A DNA stretch of 44,938 nucleotides from contig DATMJI010000211.1 of NCBI GenBank assembly GCA_035553895.1, positions 1 through 44,938 of the forward strand, in the 5' to 3' direction. The stretch's first letter is position 1; every line of letters starts with the position of its first letter. This document shows positions 1-8,979 of this stretch, piece after piece. The position numbers and the translations under genes were made by a program. The notes under the pieces were generated by a model. It ran no database searches. It saw nothing but the letters and a program-made list of their open reading frames with translations, and was not told the origin of the DNA. The stretch comes from Acidimicrobiales bacterium. GTDB lineage: Bacteria; Actinomycetota; Acidimicrobiia; Acidimicrobiales; CADCSY01.

Positions 1-2
1 GG

Positions 3-1382
3 CCCGGCCCCCCCTTCCCCACCGCCGACGGCCGGCTGGTCGAGATCGAGACCCTGGATCCTGAGGCGTGGAAGACGTTCTGGACCGAGCTGGGAGCGGC
101 CGGCGCCGACCTGGGCCGGGCCTGGGCGCTGTTCCGGGCCCGCTACTACGCCGGCGCCTGCTCGCTGCCCCCCGGCCTGCGCCAGGCCACGGCCCGCTTC
201 CCGCTGGCCGAGCTGGACGGCATCGCCCGGGCCTGCCGGGTGAGCCTGACCCCGGTGCGCTCCTACGCCGAGGTGCTGGCCGAACCCGGGTGGTCGAGCG
301 GCCACCCGGCGCTGGCCGAGCTCGACCCGGCCGGGGGCATGGCCGGCGGCCCGGCTCCGGCACCGTCGGCCCCGGCCGGCTACGACCTCCCGCTGGCCGG
401 CATCCGGGTGGTGGAGACCACGACCCGCATGCAGGGCCCGCTGGCCGGCCTGCTCCTCAGCCAGCTCGGTGCCGAGGTGATCAAGGTGGAGCCGCCCGGC
501 GGTGACTTCGGCCGGGTCGTCCCTCCGGCGGCCGGTGACCGCGGGTCGTTCTTCTCCTGCTTCAACCGGGGCAAGCGCAGCGTGGAGATCGACCTCGCCC
601 GCCCCGAGGGGCGGCGGGAGCTGACCGAGCTGGTGGCCGGCAGCGACGTGTTCCTCCACAACTGGCGTCCGGGCAAGGCCGCCCAGTGGGGCCTGGAGGC
701 AGCCGACCTGGCGCGGATCAACCCCCGGCTCGTCTACACCGAGGCGTCGGGGTGGGGCGACCTGGACCGCCCGGCTGCCCTGATCGGGACCGACTTCCTG
801 GTCCAGGCCTACGCCGGGGTGGCCGACGGGGTCTGCCCCGAGGGCGAGGAAGCCGTCCCCAGCCGGGTCCTGCTCACCGACGGCATGGGGGCGCTCAACA
901 CCAGCGAGGGCATGCTGGCCGGCCTGGTGGCCCGGGAGCAGACGGGCCGGGGCTGGCGGGTGTCGACCTCTCTGTTCCGCGGGGCCATGACCCTGCAGGC
1001 CCACGTCCTCGAGGCCCTGGCCGCCGGCCACGAGACCGGCCGGCGCAACGGTCGCCCGCGGTGGGGCCCGCTCGACCGTCCCATCGACACCGCCGAGGGC
1101 ATGCTGGTGGTGGGGGCCGACGACGGCGACACCCGCCGCCGGCTGGCCCGGGCGTGTGCCGCGCCCGCCACCGCCACCGACCAGGAGGTGGCCGGCCACC
1201 TGGCCCGGGGCCGGGCCCCGGAGTGGGAGCAGGCGCTGGCCGATGCCGGGGTGCCCTGTGCCGCGCTCGATCCCGGCAGTGACCTGGCCGCCCTGGCTGC
1301 CGATCCCCGCCTGGCCGAGCTGTTCGAGCCCCTGGGCGGCACCGCTGTCGTCCCCCGCTCGCCCTGGTCCTTCACCACCTGA
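3..1382 (+). CDS. Family III CoA-transferase (CaiB/BaiF type), 5'-truncated at the window edge; looks like a tandem two-domain fusion
   Basis: Track ORF is 240..1382. The same frame stays open with GC-rich third positions back to nt 3 (PGPPFPTADGRLVEIETLDPEAWKTFWTELG..., typical of the mid/C-terminal part of this family). A second complete domain starts with the hallmark GIRVVETTTRMQGPLAGLLLSQLGAEVIKVEPPGGD. Confidence 0.75.
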   Translation, partial: PGPPFPTADGRLVEIETLDPEAWKTFWTELGAAGADLGRAWALFRARYYAGACSLPPGLRQATARFPLAELDGIARACRVSLTPVRSYAEVLAEPGWSSGHPALAELDPAGGMAGGPAPAPSAPAGYDLPLAGIRVVETTTRMQGPLAGLLLSQLGAEVIKVEPPGGDFGRVVPPAAGDRGSFFSCFNRGKRSVEIDLARPEGRRELTELVAGSDVFLHNWRPGKAAQWGLEAADLARINPRLVYTEASGWGDLDRPAALIGTDFLVQAYAGVADGVCPEGEEAVPSRVLLTDGMGALNTSEGMLAGLVAREQTGRGWRVSTSLFRGAMTLQAHVLEALAAGHETGRRNGRPRWGPLDRPIDTAEGMLVVGADDGDTRRRLARACAAPATATDQEVAGHLARGRAPEWEQALADAGVPCAALDPGSDLAALAADPRLAELFEPLGGTAVVPRSPWSFTT

Positions 1383-1404
1383 GCGCCCCCTCCTCGTAGG
1401 GAAA

Positions 1405-2832
1405 ATGGCGGTAGCGTTCCCGCCGGCCATGCGCCCCCTTCCCGCCCCGGCGCTCGATGCCGACCAGGTCCTGGCCTTCGTGCTGGTCGACGTGGCCGTC
1501 ATCCTCGTCGCCGCCACGCTCCTCGGGGCGCTGGCCCGGCGGCTGCGCCAGCCCACCGTGGTGGGACACATCGTGGCCGGCATCGCCCTCGGCCCCACGC
1601 TCCTCGGCCCCGGCGTGTTCACCTGGGGCCGGCCCTGGGCGGCGCTGCACTGCGACGCCGCCCTGGCCGCCAGCGGCGCCCTGCCCAGCGTGGGCAGCTG
1701 CCTGTTCCCGCCCCAGGCCCGCAGCGTGCTGGGCATCCTCGGCCAGATCGCCCTGGTGCTCTACATGCTCCTGGTGGGCCTCGAGCTCGACCCCCGGATG
1801 CTGCGGGGCCGGGGCCGGGGGGTCGCCACCGTGGCCGTCGGCGCCCTGGCCGTCCCCCTGGCCTTCGGCCTGCTCATCGGTCCCCTGCTCTACGGCGCCA
1901 CCTTCACCGGCGCCTTCGGCACCCCCGCCCAGCCCTCGCGGCTGGCCTTCTCCCTCATGGTGGGGGCCATCCTCTCCGTCGGCGCCTTCCCGGTGATGGC
2001 CCACATCCTCAACGAAAGGGGGATGGCCCGCACGACCATGGGATCGACCGGCATCGCCGCCGCCGCCGCCCTCACCGTACTCATGTTCCTGGCTGTGGCC
2101 GCGGCCGACGCCATCGCCCGCCAGGAGGGCGTGCCGGAGATCCTGGCCACGGTGGCACTGGCGGGCGGCTACGTGGCGGTGATGCTGGTGGTGGTGCGCC
2201 GGGCCCTGGCGCCCCTCGGCCGCGCCGTGGAGGCCAGGGGGACGCTGTCGAGCACCCACTTCGCCGTGATCCTGGCCTTGGCCTTCGCCTCGGCCCTGGT
2301 GGCCGAGCGCATCGGCATCAACGTCATCACCGGCGCTTTCCTCCTCGGCGCCGTGATCCCTGCCAGATCCATCGTGTTCCCCGAGATGGCCGCCCGGATC
2401 CAGGAGGTCACCGTGACAGCCCTGCTGCCCATCTTCTTGGCCTTCTCCGGCCTGAACACCGACCTCTCCAGCGTGCCCTGGTCGGCCGCCGGCGGCATCC
2501 TCGTGCTGCTGGTCGCCGGGGTGGTAGCCAAGCTGGGAGGCGGAGCGGTCTCGGCTCGCCTGGGAGGCCTCGGCTGGGGCGAGGCGTCCCTTCTGGGCGT
2601 GCTCATGAACTGCCGGGGGCTGCTGGTGCTGGTGGTGGCCTTGGTGGCGGTCGACGCCGGGGTCATCTCGCCGGTGCTGCAGGTCGGTGCGGTGGTCATG
2701 GCCCTGGTCACCACGGCCATGACTGGACCGCTCTTCGACGCCCTGGTCCGGCGCGTGATCCTGGTCGACGTCACCTACATTGGAGGTGCCGCCAAAGCGA
2801 CGTGGGTACGTCCCGGGCAAGGAGGATCGTGA
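1405..2832 (+). CDS. Cation:proton antiporter (CPA2 / Kef-NapA-like Na+/H+ exchanger family)
   Basis: In-frame ATG at 1405 within track ORF 1156..2832. Polytopic hydrophobic protein with N-terminal LARRLRQPTVVGHIVAGIALGPTLLG and later LGAFLLGAVIP-type motifs typical of CPA2. Its stop overlaps the next start (GTGA at 2829-2832). Confidence 0.85.
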   Translation: MAVAFPPAMRPLPAPALDADQVLAFVLVDVAVILVAATLLGALARRLRQPTVVGHIVAGIALGPTLLGPGVFTWGRPWAALHCDAALAASGALPSVGSCLFPPQARSVLGILGQIALVLYMLLVGLELDPRMLRGRGRGVATVAVGALAVPLAFGLLIGPLLYGATFTGAFGTPAQPSRLAFSLMVGAILSVGAFPVMAHILNERGMARTTMGSTGIAAAAALTVLMFLAVAAADAIARQEGVPEILATVALAGGYVAVMLVVVRRALAPLGRAVEARGTLSSTHFAVILALAFASALVAERIGINVITGAFLLGAVIPARSIVFPEMAARIQEVTVTALLPIFLAFSGLNTDLSSVPWSAAGGILVLLVAGVVAKLGGGAVSARLGGLGWGEASLLGVLMNCRGLLVLVVALVAVDAGVISPVLQVGAVVMALVTTAMTGPLFDALVRRVILVDVTYIGGAAKATWVRPGQGGS

Positions 2833-4247
2833 GCGCAACCGAGACGTGCGACGTGGTGGTGATCGGCGGGGGACCCGCCGGTTCCACCACCGCCTCCTTC
2901 CTTGCCCGCCAGGGCCACGACGTCACCGTCTTGGAGCGAGCCCGCTTCCCGCGCGAGCACGTCGGCGAGTCGCTCCTTCCCTTCTGCTACGGCATCCTCG
3001 ACGAGCTGGGCCTGATCGCCGAGATGAAGCAGCGCTTCGTGCGCAAGCCCGGCGTTCGCTTCCTCGACACCGACGGGGTGACCCAGACGACCTGGTGCTT
3101 CGGCTCCAAGATCCAGGACCCGAGCTTCCTCTCCTTCCACGTCATCCGCTCGGAGTTCGACCAGCTCCTCCTCGACCACGCCGCCGAGGAGGGAGCGACG
3201 GTGCGGGAGCAGACCAGGGTCGACGCCGTGGACCTGGACGGCCCCGACGGGAGGGCGGTCGTCGAGGCCTGCGGTGCGGACGGCCAGCGCCTGCGCTTCA
3301 GCGCCCGGTACGTCGTCGACGCCAGCGGGCGAGACACCTTCCTGGCCAATCGCATGCGGACCAAGACGGCGCACAAGGAGCTCGAGCGCACGGCCCTGGG
3401 GAGCCACTGGCAGGGTGTCGACTATGCCGGCGGCCTGGCCGACGGGTTGATCCAGATCGTCTACACCGGCGGCGACAAGCAGGGCTGGATCTGGGTCATC
3501 CCGCTCGGCACCGACCGGGTCAGCCTGGGGGTGGTGATGAACACGGCCCACTACCGCCGGCAGCGGCAGCTGCTCAAGGACCAGGGCCACGGCGACTGGC
3601 AGCTGGCGCTCTACCTCCAAGAGATCCTGTCGTCGCCCTTCATCGAGCGCATCACCTCGGGGGCGACACGGACATGGCCGGTCGCCGTCAACGGCGACTA
3701 CTCCTACACGGTGGGGGCGAAGTGGGGGCCCAACCACGCCCTGGTGGGTGACGCCTCTGCCTTCATCGACCCCATCTTCTCCAGCGGGGTGTACCTGGCC
3801 ATGAACAGCGCCCGGCTCCTGGCGGGGGCGCTCGACACCCAGCTCCGCACGGGGGGCGCCGACGGCGCCGCCGCCATGGAGGAGGTCTACGAGCGCATCG
3901 TGGGGGCCTACTCGCTGGTCGACAAGCTCATCCGCCTCTTCTACACCCCCGAGACCATCAACTTCGCCCAGCTGGGGAAGGCGAGAGAGGCCTTCTCCGA
4001 CACCGACCACTACGTCAACGCCATGTCCCTCCAACACTTCCTCCTGGCCGGCGACTTCTTCGAGCAGAGCCACCGCTACTCCTCCTTCGTCGACTCGCTG
4101 CGTGACCCCAAGCTCTTCCGCCGGTACCAGAAGCTGGTCATCGATCGCCCGGAGTTCGACGAGGACACGTGCGACCACGGCTGCGAACCCGTCTTCCATC
4201 CCGACCTCGCCGGGCACGAGCTCCGGCGGGCCGAGCTCGGCATCTGA
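2829..4247 (+). CDS. FAD-dependent oxidoreductase, flavin-dependent-halogenase-like (tryptophan-halogenase family fold)
   Basis: GTG at 2829 preceded by AGGAGG. Motifs seen: dinucleotide fold DVVVIGGGPAGS, FPREHVGESLLP, Lys in RFVRKPGVRF, WxWxIP-type GWIWVIP, and GDASAFIDPIFSSGV. Confidence 0.75.
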   Translation: MSATETCDVVVIGGGPAGSTTASFLARQGHDVTVLERARFPREHVGESLLPFCYGILDELGLIAEMKQRFVRKPGVRFLDTDGVTQTTWCFGSKIQDPSFLSFHVIRSEFDQLLLDHAAEEGATVREQTRVDAVDLDGPDGRAVVEACGADGQRLRFSARYVVDASGRDTFLANRMRTKTAHKELERTALGSHWQGVDYAGGLADGLIQIVYTGGDKQGWIWVIPLGTDRVSLGVVMNTAHYRRQRQLLKDQGHGDWQLALYLQEILSSPFIERITSGATRTWPVAVNGDYSYTVGAKWGPNHALVGDASAFIDPIFSSGVYLAMNSARLLAGALDTQLRTGGADGAAAMEEVYERIVGAYSLVDKLIRLFYTPETINFAQLGKAREAFSDTDHYVNAMSLQHFLLAGDFFEQSHRYSSFVDSLRDPKLFRRYQKLVIDRPEFDEDTCDHGCEPVFHPDLAGHELRRAELGI

Positions 4248-4256
4248 GGAGATCCC

Positions 4257-5513
4257 ATGCAGACAGACGTGGCCATCGTGGGTGGAGGGCCGGGGGGAGC
4301 AGCCACCGCCGCCTACCTGAGCCGGGCCGGCATCGACTCGGTCATCATCGAGAAGGCGGCCTTCCCCCGCTTCCACATCGGCGAGTCCCTGACCGGGGAG
4401 TGCGGCAACCTCCTGCGCGAGCTGGGCCTCGAGGAGGAGATGGCGGCCATGGGCAACCCGGTCAAGTACGGGGTCCGGGTCATCGGCCCCAGCGGAGCCA
4501 ACAGCTTCTGGATCCCGGTGAAGAAGCGGGTCCCCGGTGTCGGCCTCCAGGACGGCTTCACCTGGCAGGTTCGCCGCAGCGACTTCGACCGCGTCCTGCT
4601 GGACAAGGCCCGCTCCACGGGCGCAACGGTGCTTTCCGGGCGAGCGCTGGCGCCCATGGCCACCGGCGACGGTGGCGTGGGTGGGGTCCGGGTCCACCTC
4701 GAGGGCGGCGAGGAGGTCGATGTCGAGTCGGCGGTGGTGGTCGACGCCTCGGGCCAGCACACCTTCCTGGCCAACGCCGGCATCACCAGCCGCAAGGACC
4801 GGGGCAACTACGACCGCCAGATCGCCATCTACTCCCACTTCAGCGGCGTCCGGCGGGATGCCGGCGACGCCGCCGGCAACACCTTGATCTTCTTCCAAAA
4901 GCCCCACCACTGGGCCTGGTCCATCCCCATCGACGGGAAGACCGACAGCATCGGTGTGGTCGTCCCGTCGGCGTACTACCGCTCGACGGGCGAGTCCAAG
5001 CGGGACTTCCTGGTGCGGGAGATGGCGGCGCTCAATCCCGATCTCGCCAGCCGGGTCGCCGGGGCGACGCTGGTGGAGGAGGTTCGGGCCAGCTCCAACT
5101 ACTCCTACCACGTGCGGGAGTTCAGCGGCCGGGGCTGGCTCTGCGTGGGCGACTCCCACCGCTTCATCGATCCCATCTTCTCCTTCGGGGTCCACCTCTC
5201 CATCTCGGAGGCCAAGATGGCGGCAGCCGCCATCGAGCGCTACCTCGGGGGCGAGGGTGCCGGCCAGGACCGGCCCTTCCTGGCCTACGAGCAGGCGGCG
5301 GAGCGGGGCACCGACGTCTTCCAGAGCGTGCTCGACGGCTTCTGGGAAAACAACCTGGCCTTCGCCGTCCTCGTGCACGAGCGCTACCCGGAGGACTTCA
5401 TCGACATGTTCGCCGGACGGGTCTACGTCGAGCACGAGTACGAGGGACTGCGGGCCATCCGCAAGGTGCTGGCCCGCACCCGCGGCCAGCACCAGCAACC
5501 GGTCGCCGGCTGA
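4257..5513 (+). CDS. FAD-dependent oxidoreductase, flavin-dependent-halogenase-like (paralogue of 2829..4247)
   Basis: Motifs seen: DVAIVGGGPGGA, FPRFHIGESLTGE, NPVKYGVRV, WxWxIP-type HWAWSIP, GDSHRFIDPIFSFGV. Same motif order as the upstream gene. Confidence 0.75.
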   Translation: MQTDVAIVGGGPGGAATAAYLSRAGIDSVIIEKAAFPRFHIGESLTGECGNLLRELGLEEEMAAMGNPVKYGVRVIGPSGANSFWIPVKKRVPGVGLQDGFTWQVRRSDFDRVLLDKARSTGATVLSGRALAPMATGDGGVGGVRVHLEGGEEVDVESAVVVDASGQHTFLANAGITSRKDRGNYDRQIAIYSHFSGVRRDAGDAAGNTLIFFQKPHHWAWSIPIDGKTDSIGVVVPSAYYRSTGESKRDFLVREMAALNPDLASRVAGATLVEEVRASSNYSYHVREFSGRGWLCVGDSHRFIDPIFSFGVHLSISEAKMAAAAIERYLGGEGAGQDRPFLAYEQAAERGTDVFQSVLDGFWENNLAFAVLVHERYPEDFIDMFAGRVYVEHEYEGLRAIRKVLARTRGQHQQPVAG

Positions 5514-5530
5514 ACACCCCCTCGTCCCCA

Positions 5531-5567
5531 GTGCGGCCGGGACCCCCCTGCGGGGGCTCAGCCGCAC
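5531..5567. terminator. Imperfect GC-rich hairpin between convergent genes (possible bidirectional terminator)
   Basis: GTGCGGC..CCCCC-tgc-GGGGG..GCCGCAC. The outer 7-bp and inner 5-bp stems were read directly. It lies in the 78-nt gap between the stops at 5513 (+) and 5592 (-). No U-tract. Confidence 0.4.
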
Positions 5568-5591
5568 CGAGAACGAACAACCGGGCCGTGG

Positions 5592-6077
5592 TCAGCGGCC
5601 GTCGGGGCCGAGGGTGATGCAGGCCACCGAGTGGCGCCCGGGCATGGTGGCGTGGCCATGGAAGTTGGGACCTTGGTGGACCAGCTCGGCGGTGCGCACC
5701 TGGTTGGGTCCGGGTCCCAGGGTGTAGGGCGGGTCGGCCTCGAAGGTGTTGAGCCGGGGCCCGTAGGCCTGGGTGAAGACGAAGGGGTAGCTGGCAATGG
5801 CGTCGTTGCAGGTGGTGTCGCGGTGCAGGACCATGTCCCACTCGTCGGCCGAGACCGCATCCGGGGCGATCGAGTCCACCAGGCTGGCGTAGGTCCGGTG
5901 GGTACCGGGGTACTTGGTCAGGCTCACCTGACCGAGGCCCAGGGAGCTCCCGGAGAGGACGAGCTCGACGTTTCGCTCCGGCCCGTCGTTGGCCACGGCG
6001 GGAAAGGCAGCGCCGGTGGCGAGCGCGGCGGCGGCGGCCAGGGCGGCGACGGCGGGAAAGACACGGCGGGTTCTCAT
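5592..6077 (-). CDS. Small secreted protein of unknown function (paralogue of 19302..19784)
   Basis: ATG at 6077 with AGAGGAGAA 5 nt upstream on the minus strand. Signal-peptide-like N-terminus MRTRRVFPAVAALAAAAALATGAAFPAVA. Shares VANDG, SA(D/S)EW, VH.GP and GRH..AC..L with the 19302..19784 product. Confidence 0.7.
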   Translation of the reverse strand: MRTRRVFPAVAALAAAAALATGAAFPAVANDGPERNVELVLSGSSLGLGQVSLTKYPGTHRTYASLVDSIAPDAVSADEWDMVLHRDTTCNDAIASYPFVFTQAYGPRLNTFEADPPYTLGPGPNQVRTAELVHQGPNFHGHATMPGRHSVACITLGPDGR

Positions 6078-6316
6078 TGTTCTCCTCTATTCGTGATCGT
6101 TGCTCCGAAAGGACCAGAGCAGTTTTGCCCCTGGATCGACGTGGCTGATCGATGCCTTGAGCAATAACGGAGGGGGGTTGCCGATTACGGTCACGACGCC
6201 GAGCACCGTCACGACATTTCGGGCACTTACTCCCAGATCGGGGGGCAGTGCCGTGATATCAGGAACGGACCACGCAGTTCGGTACGCAGGGGAATATCAC
6301 GCCCAAGTGCGCTGGG
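6078..6316 (-). promoter_or_regulatory. Noticeably less GC-rich non-coding spacer; presumed promoter/5' leader of the 5592..6077 gene
   Basis: Inferred from arrangement and composition only. It is the longest (about 240 nt) gap I accept as non-coding, and the only ORF in it (6100..6342) has poor third-position GC. No -10/-35 boxes could be assigned with confidence. Confidence 0.3.
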
Positions 6317-7675
6317 TCAAGGATGCAGCGGGGCCCCTGTAGGCCGGTCCCGGCGGCGAAGATCGCGGTGAATCGCCGGAAGAGTAAGCAAAACCAGAAC
6401 CAATGGATAGACCAACGATCGCTGGCGGGCCAGGATCCCGAAGTTGGAGATGGTCGAGAAGGCCACGACGTAAAGCAATGAATAAATCACCACGAAGGCG
6501 ACATACGGTGAAAGAAGGGCGGAACGCAGCGAGGCGACCACCCGCCGGGCCGACCACACGAAGAGCACCAGCAGGGCCATTCCCTCGAGCGAGGTCGCCA
6601 GCGCCTGGGCGTTGTTGGCCTCGAAGGGGAACGGGCGGAAGAGCACGGCCAGTGCCGCCTGGGGCAACGTCCAGGGTTGCTGGGCGGCGCTCACCGCCGC
6701 GAAGTCCGACTCGCCACCGGTGCTCTTGTCGGCGGTGTTCTCGATGAGGGCGTTCACCGAGTCGGTGTCCAGCTCGTCGAGGTTGAAGAAATCCTGGAAG
6801 CGCCCGGCGACGAGCACGCCGAGCAGGAGCAGCACCGCCATGCCGAGCACCTTGGCGCCGGTCAGCACCCGTCCTTGCGGTCCCGGGCTCCGGCGCAGGA
6901 GGTAGCCGCCCGCCAGGGCGAGAAAGACGAGCACGCTCAGGTGGGGGCGGACCAGGGCGGTGGTGGCGAGTCCGAGGGCCAGGATGAGGAATCCCCCCCG
7001 GCGCCCGGGGCTGAGGACCAAGGTGGCGCCGTAGACGGCGACGCCCAGCGTCAGCATCATGGCGGCCTCCTTGCCCAGGCTGGAGGGCCAGAACAGCACC
7101 GTGGGCAGGAAGAACAAGAGCAGGGCATAACGGTGATGATCGCCCTGGGGCAGGGCCCGGCGGTAGGCCAGGAAGAACAGGTACAGCCCGAGGAAGGCCA
7201 TCCAGGAGAACACGAAGAACCCGCCCAACTTGGTGGGCCCGATGACGGCGTAGACCACCCCGGTGAGCACGTTGATGGCCTGGGTGCCCTCTCCCCCGCC
7301 ACCGGCGTCGAAGGCCAGGCTCCCGGAGCGCAAGGAGGCGGCGATGGTCCGCCCGGCCCCGTGGTAGCCCTGGGCGTCGCCCGTGCCGTAGACCCCGAAG
7401 ATCACGACATAACGCACCACGGTGCCGGCCACCACCTTGGCCAGCACCGCCAGCTGCAGGATTCGCACCAGGCGGATGTCGCCCTGGCGCCGGGCCTGGA
7501 GGGTCACCAGGGGCAAGGTGACGGCGAGCAGCACCGGCAGCACGATCAGCCCTCCCCAGATGTCGTAGCTGGTGCGCTGCATGGCCCAGGACAGGGCGGC
7601 CAGATAGGCGACGGCGCCGCCGATCACCGGGACCGAGGCCAACTCCGGCCGCGAGGGCAACGAGATCGAGGTCAC
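6317..7675 (-). CDS. Polytopic membrane protein, putative polysaccharide polymerase/ligase (Wzy / O-antigen-ligase-like)
   Basis: GTG at 7675 overlaps the upstream stop (GTGA). About 10-12 hydrophobic segments and one large loop (DELDTDSVNALIENTADKSTGGESDFAAV). It sits last in a minus-strand operon behind two GT4 genes. Function is inferred from topology and context, not from a diagnostic motif. Confidence 0.5.
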   Translation of the reverse strand: MTSISLPSRPELASVPVIGGAVAYLAALSWAMQRTSYDIWGGLIVLPVLLAVTLPLVTLQARRQGDIRLVRILQLAVLAKVVAGTVVRYVVIFGVYGTGDAQGYHGAGRTIAASLRSGSLAFDAGGGGEGTQAINVLTGVVYAVIGPTKLGGFFVFSWMAFLGLYLFFLAYRRALPQGDHHRYALLLFFLPTVLFWPSSLGKEAAMMLTLGVAVYGATLVLSPGRRGGFLILALGLATTALVRPHLSVLVFLALAGGYLLRRSPGPQGRVLTGAKVLGMAVLLLLGVLVAGRFQDFFNLDELDTDSVNALIENTADKSTGGESDFAAVSAAQQPWTLPQAALAVLFRPFPFEANNAQALATSLEGMALLVLFVWSARRVVASLRSALLSPYVAFVVIYSLLYVVAFSTISNFGILARQRSLVYPLVLVLLTLPAIHRDLRRRDRPTGAPLHP

Positions 7676-8877
7676 GACCGGGCCAGGACCTCGTCGTAGG
7701 CATCCTGCTGGCGGCGCACCGCCACCTCGAGGTCGAAGTCGCCCGAACGGATCCTGGCCTCCCGGGCCAGGCGGGCCCGCCGTTCCGGCTCGTCGAGTAG
7801 CCCAGCCAGGGCGGCCACCAGGGCCCGCTCGTCTCCGGGCGCCACCAGGAGCCCGTGCACGCCGTGGCGGACGACCTCGCCCACCCCCCCCACGTCGGTG
7901 GCCACGCACGCCACGCCGGAGGCCATGGCTTCGAGCAGGGCGATGGGCAGGCCCTCGTGGCGGGAGCTGAGGGCGAACACGTCGAAGGCGGGCAGGATCT
8001 CCAACACGTCGTCGCGGGAACCGGCGAACACCACCCGGCCGGCCAGATCGGGCTCCTCGGCCCGCGTCCGCAGCGATGCCTCCAGGGGACCTGATCCGAC
8101 CAGCACCAAGCCGAGATCGGGATGGTCCGGCGCCAGGGCCGCCACGGCCCCGAGCAGGGCCAGCTGGTCCTTCTTGGCGGTGAAGTTGCCGACGCTGCCG
8201 ATCACCTGGCGGTCGGCGGCCAGCCCCAGCGCCCGGCGGGCAGCGACGCGCGCCTCCTCGCCGTGGTGGGCCGCCAGGGGATCGATGCCGTGGACGAGCA
8301 CCTCCAGGGGCGGCAGGCCCCGGCGCCGCCTCCCGGCGCCGGAGCGGATCGACTCCGCCACTCCCTCCGAGACGCTCAGCACCAGCCGGTTGCGGTGGTA
8401 GGTGGCGGCGTTGGACCAGCAGGTGAGGCGCCGGTAGCGGTCCCAGACGTTGTGCTCGGTGTGGACGAGGGCGGGGCCCCCTCGCCGGGGAGCGATCAAG
8501 CGGGCCGCCACCGCCGGGACCGGCATGTGGGTGTGGACGATGTCGAAGCGGCCCTGGCGGACGAGTCGGCCCAGGCGGGGTACCCAGCCCGGCCCCCGGC
8601 CCCGGCCCAGGCAGTGCACGGGCACCCCGCAGGCTTCGACGTCAGCCACCAGTGCGTCCTTCCAGTCCAGGACGTAGGCCACCTCCACCTGGTGGCGGCT
8701 GCGGTCGTGGTGGCGGGCGGCCCCCAACAGGAGCCGTTCGGTCCCGCCCCGCCCCAGGCCCTTGGTGAGCCACAGGACGCGCGGAAGTCGGCTCCCGGGG
8801 GTGCGGTCCGGCGCCGGGGCGCGTCCCTGCGCTCCCACCTCCTCTCGCCCAGCCGTGCCGGCTCCCGATCGCTGCAC
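7672..8877 (-). CDS. Glycosyltransferase family 4 (GT-B, Glycos_transf_1)
   Basis: N-terminal VLWLTKGLGRGGTERLLL and C-terminal SRHEGLPIALLEAMASGVACVATDVGGVGEVV (EX7E-type region). The GTG start at 8877 is uncertain; an in-frame GTG at 8838 is possible. Confidence 0.85.
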   Translation of the reverse strand: MQRSGAGTAGREEVGAQGRAPAPDRTPGSRLPRVLWLTKGLGRGGTERLLLGAARHHDRSRHQVEVAYVLDWKDALVADVEACGVPVHCLGRGRGPGWVPRLGRLVRQGRFDIVHTHMPVPAVAARLIAPRRGGPALVHTEHNVWDRYRRLTCWSNAATYHRNRLVLSVSEGVAESIRSGAGRRRRGLPPLEVLVHGIDPLAAHHGEEARVAARRALGLAADRQVIGSVGNFTAKKDQLALLGAVAALAPDHPDLGLVLVGSGPLEASLRTRAEEPDLAGRVVFAGSRDDVLEILPAFDVFALSSRHEGLPIALLEAMASGVACVATDVGGVGEVVRHGVHGLLVAPGDERALVAALAGLLDEPERRARLAREARIRSGDFDLEVAVRRQQDAYDEVLARS

Positions 8878-8979
8878 GTGGTCCTCGTCGCCTGACCGAT
8901 CCCCTCCGCCGGCGCCAGCGTAGGCGAGGGGTCCGCCACCGGGCAGTCGTCGCCCTCCGGCCCGCCGGCCGGCCCGCGC

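Noticed and set aside
2775-5567. 930-aa minus-strand ORF spanning both halogenase-like genes
   Set aside because: It is the mirror image of two plus-strand genes that carry clear FAD/halogenase motifs. Its product is low-complexity (G/A/R/P/V/D-rich) with no motif, the usual antisense artefact of very GC-rich DNA.
6100-6342. 80-aa plus-strand ORF in the less GC-rich spacer
   Set aside because: It has poor third-position GC compared with every confident gene here, no RBS and no motif. It overlaps the 3' end of the Wzy-like gene, so I treat it as non-coding spacer.
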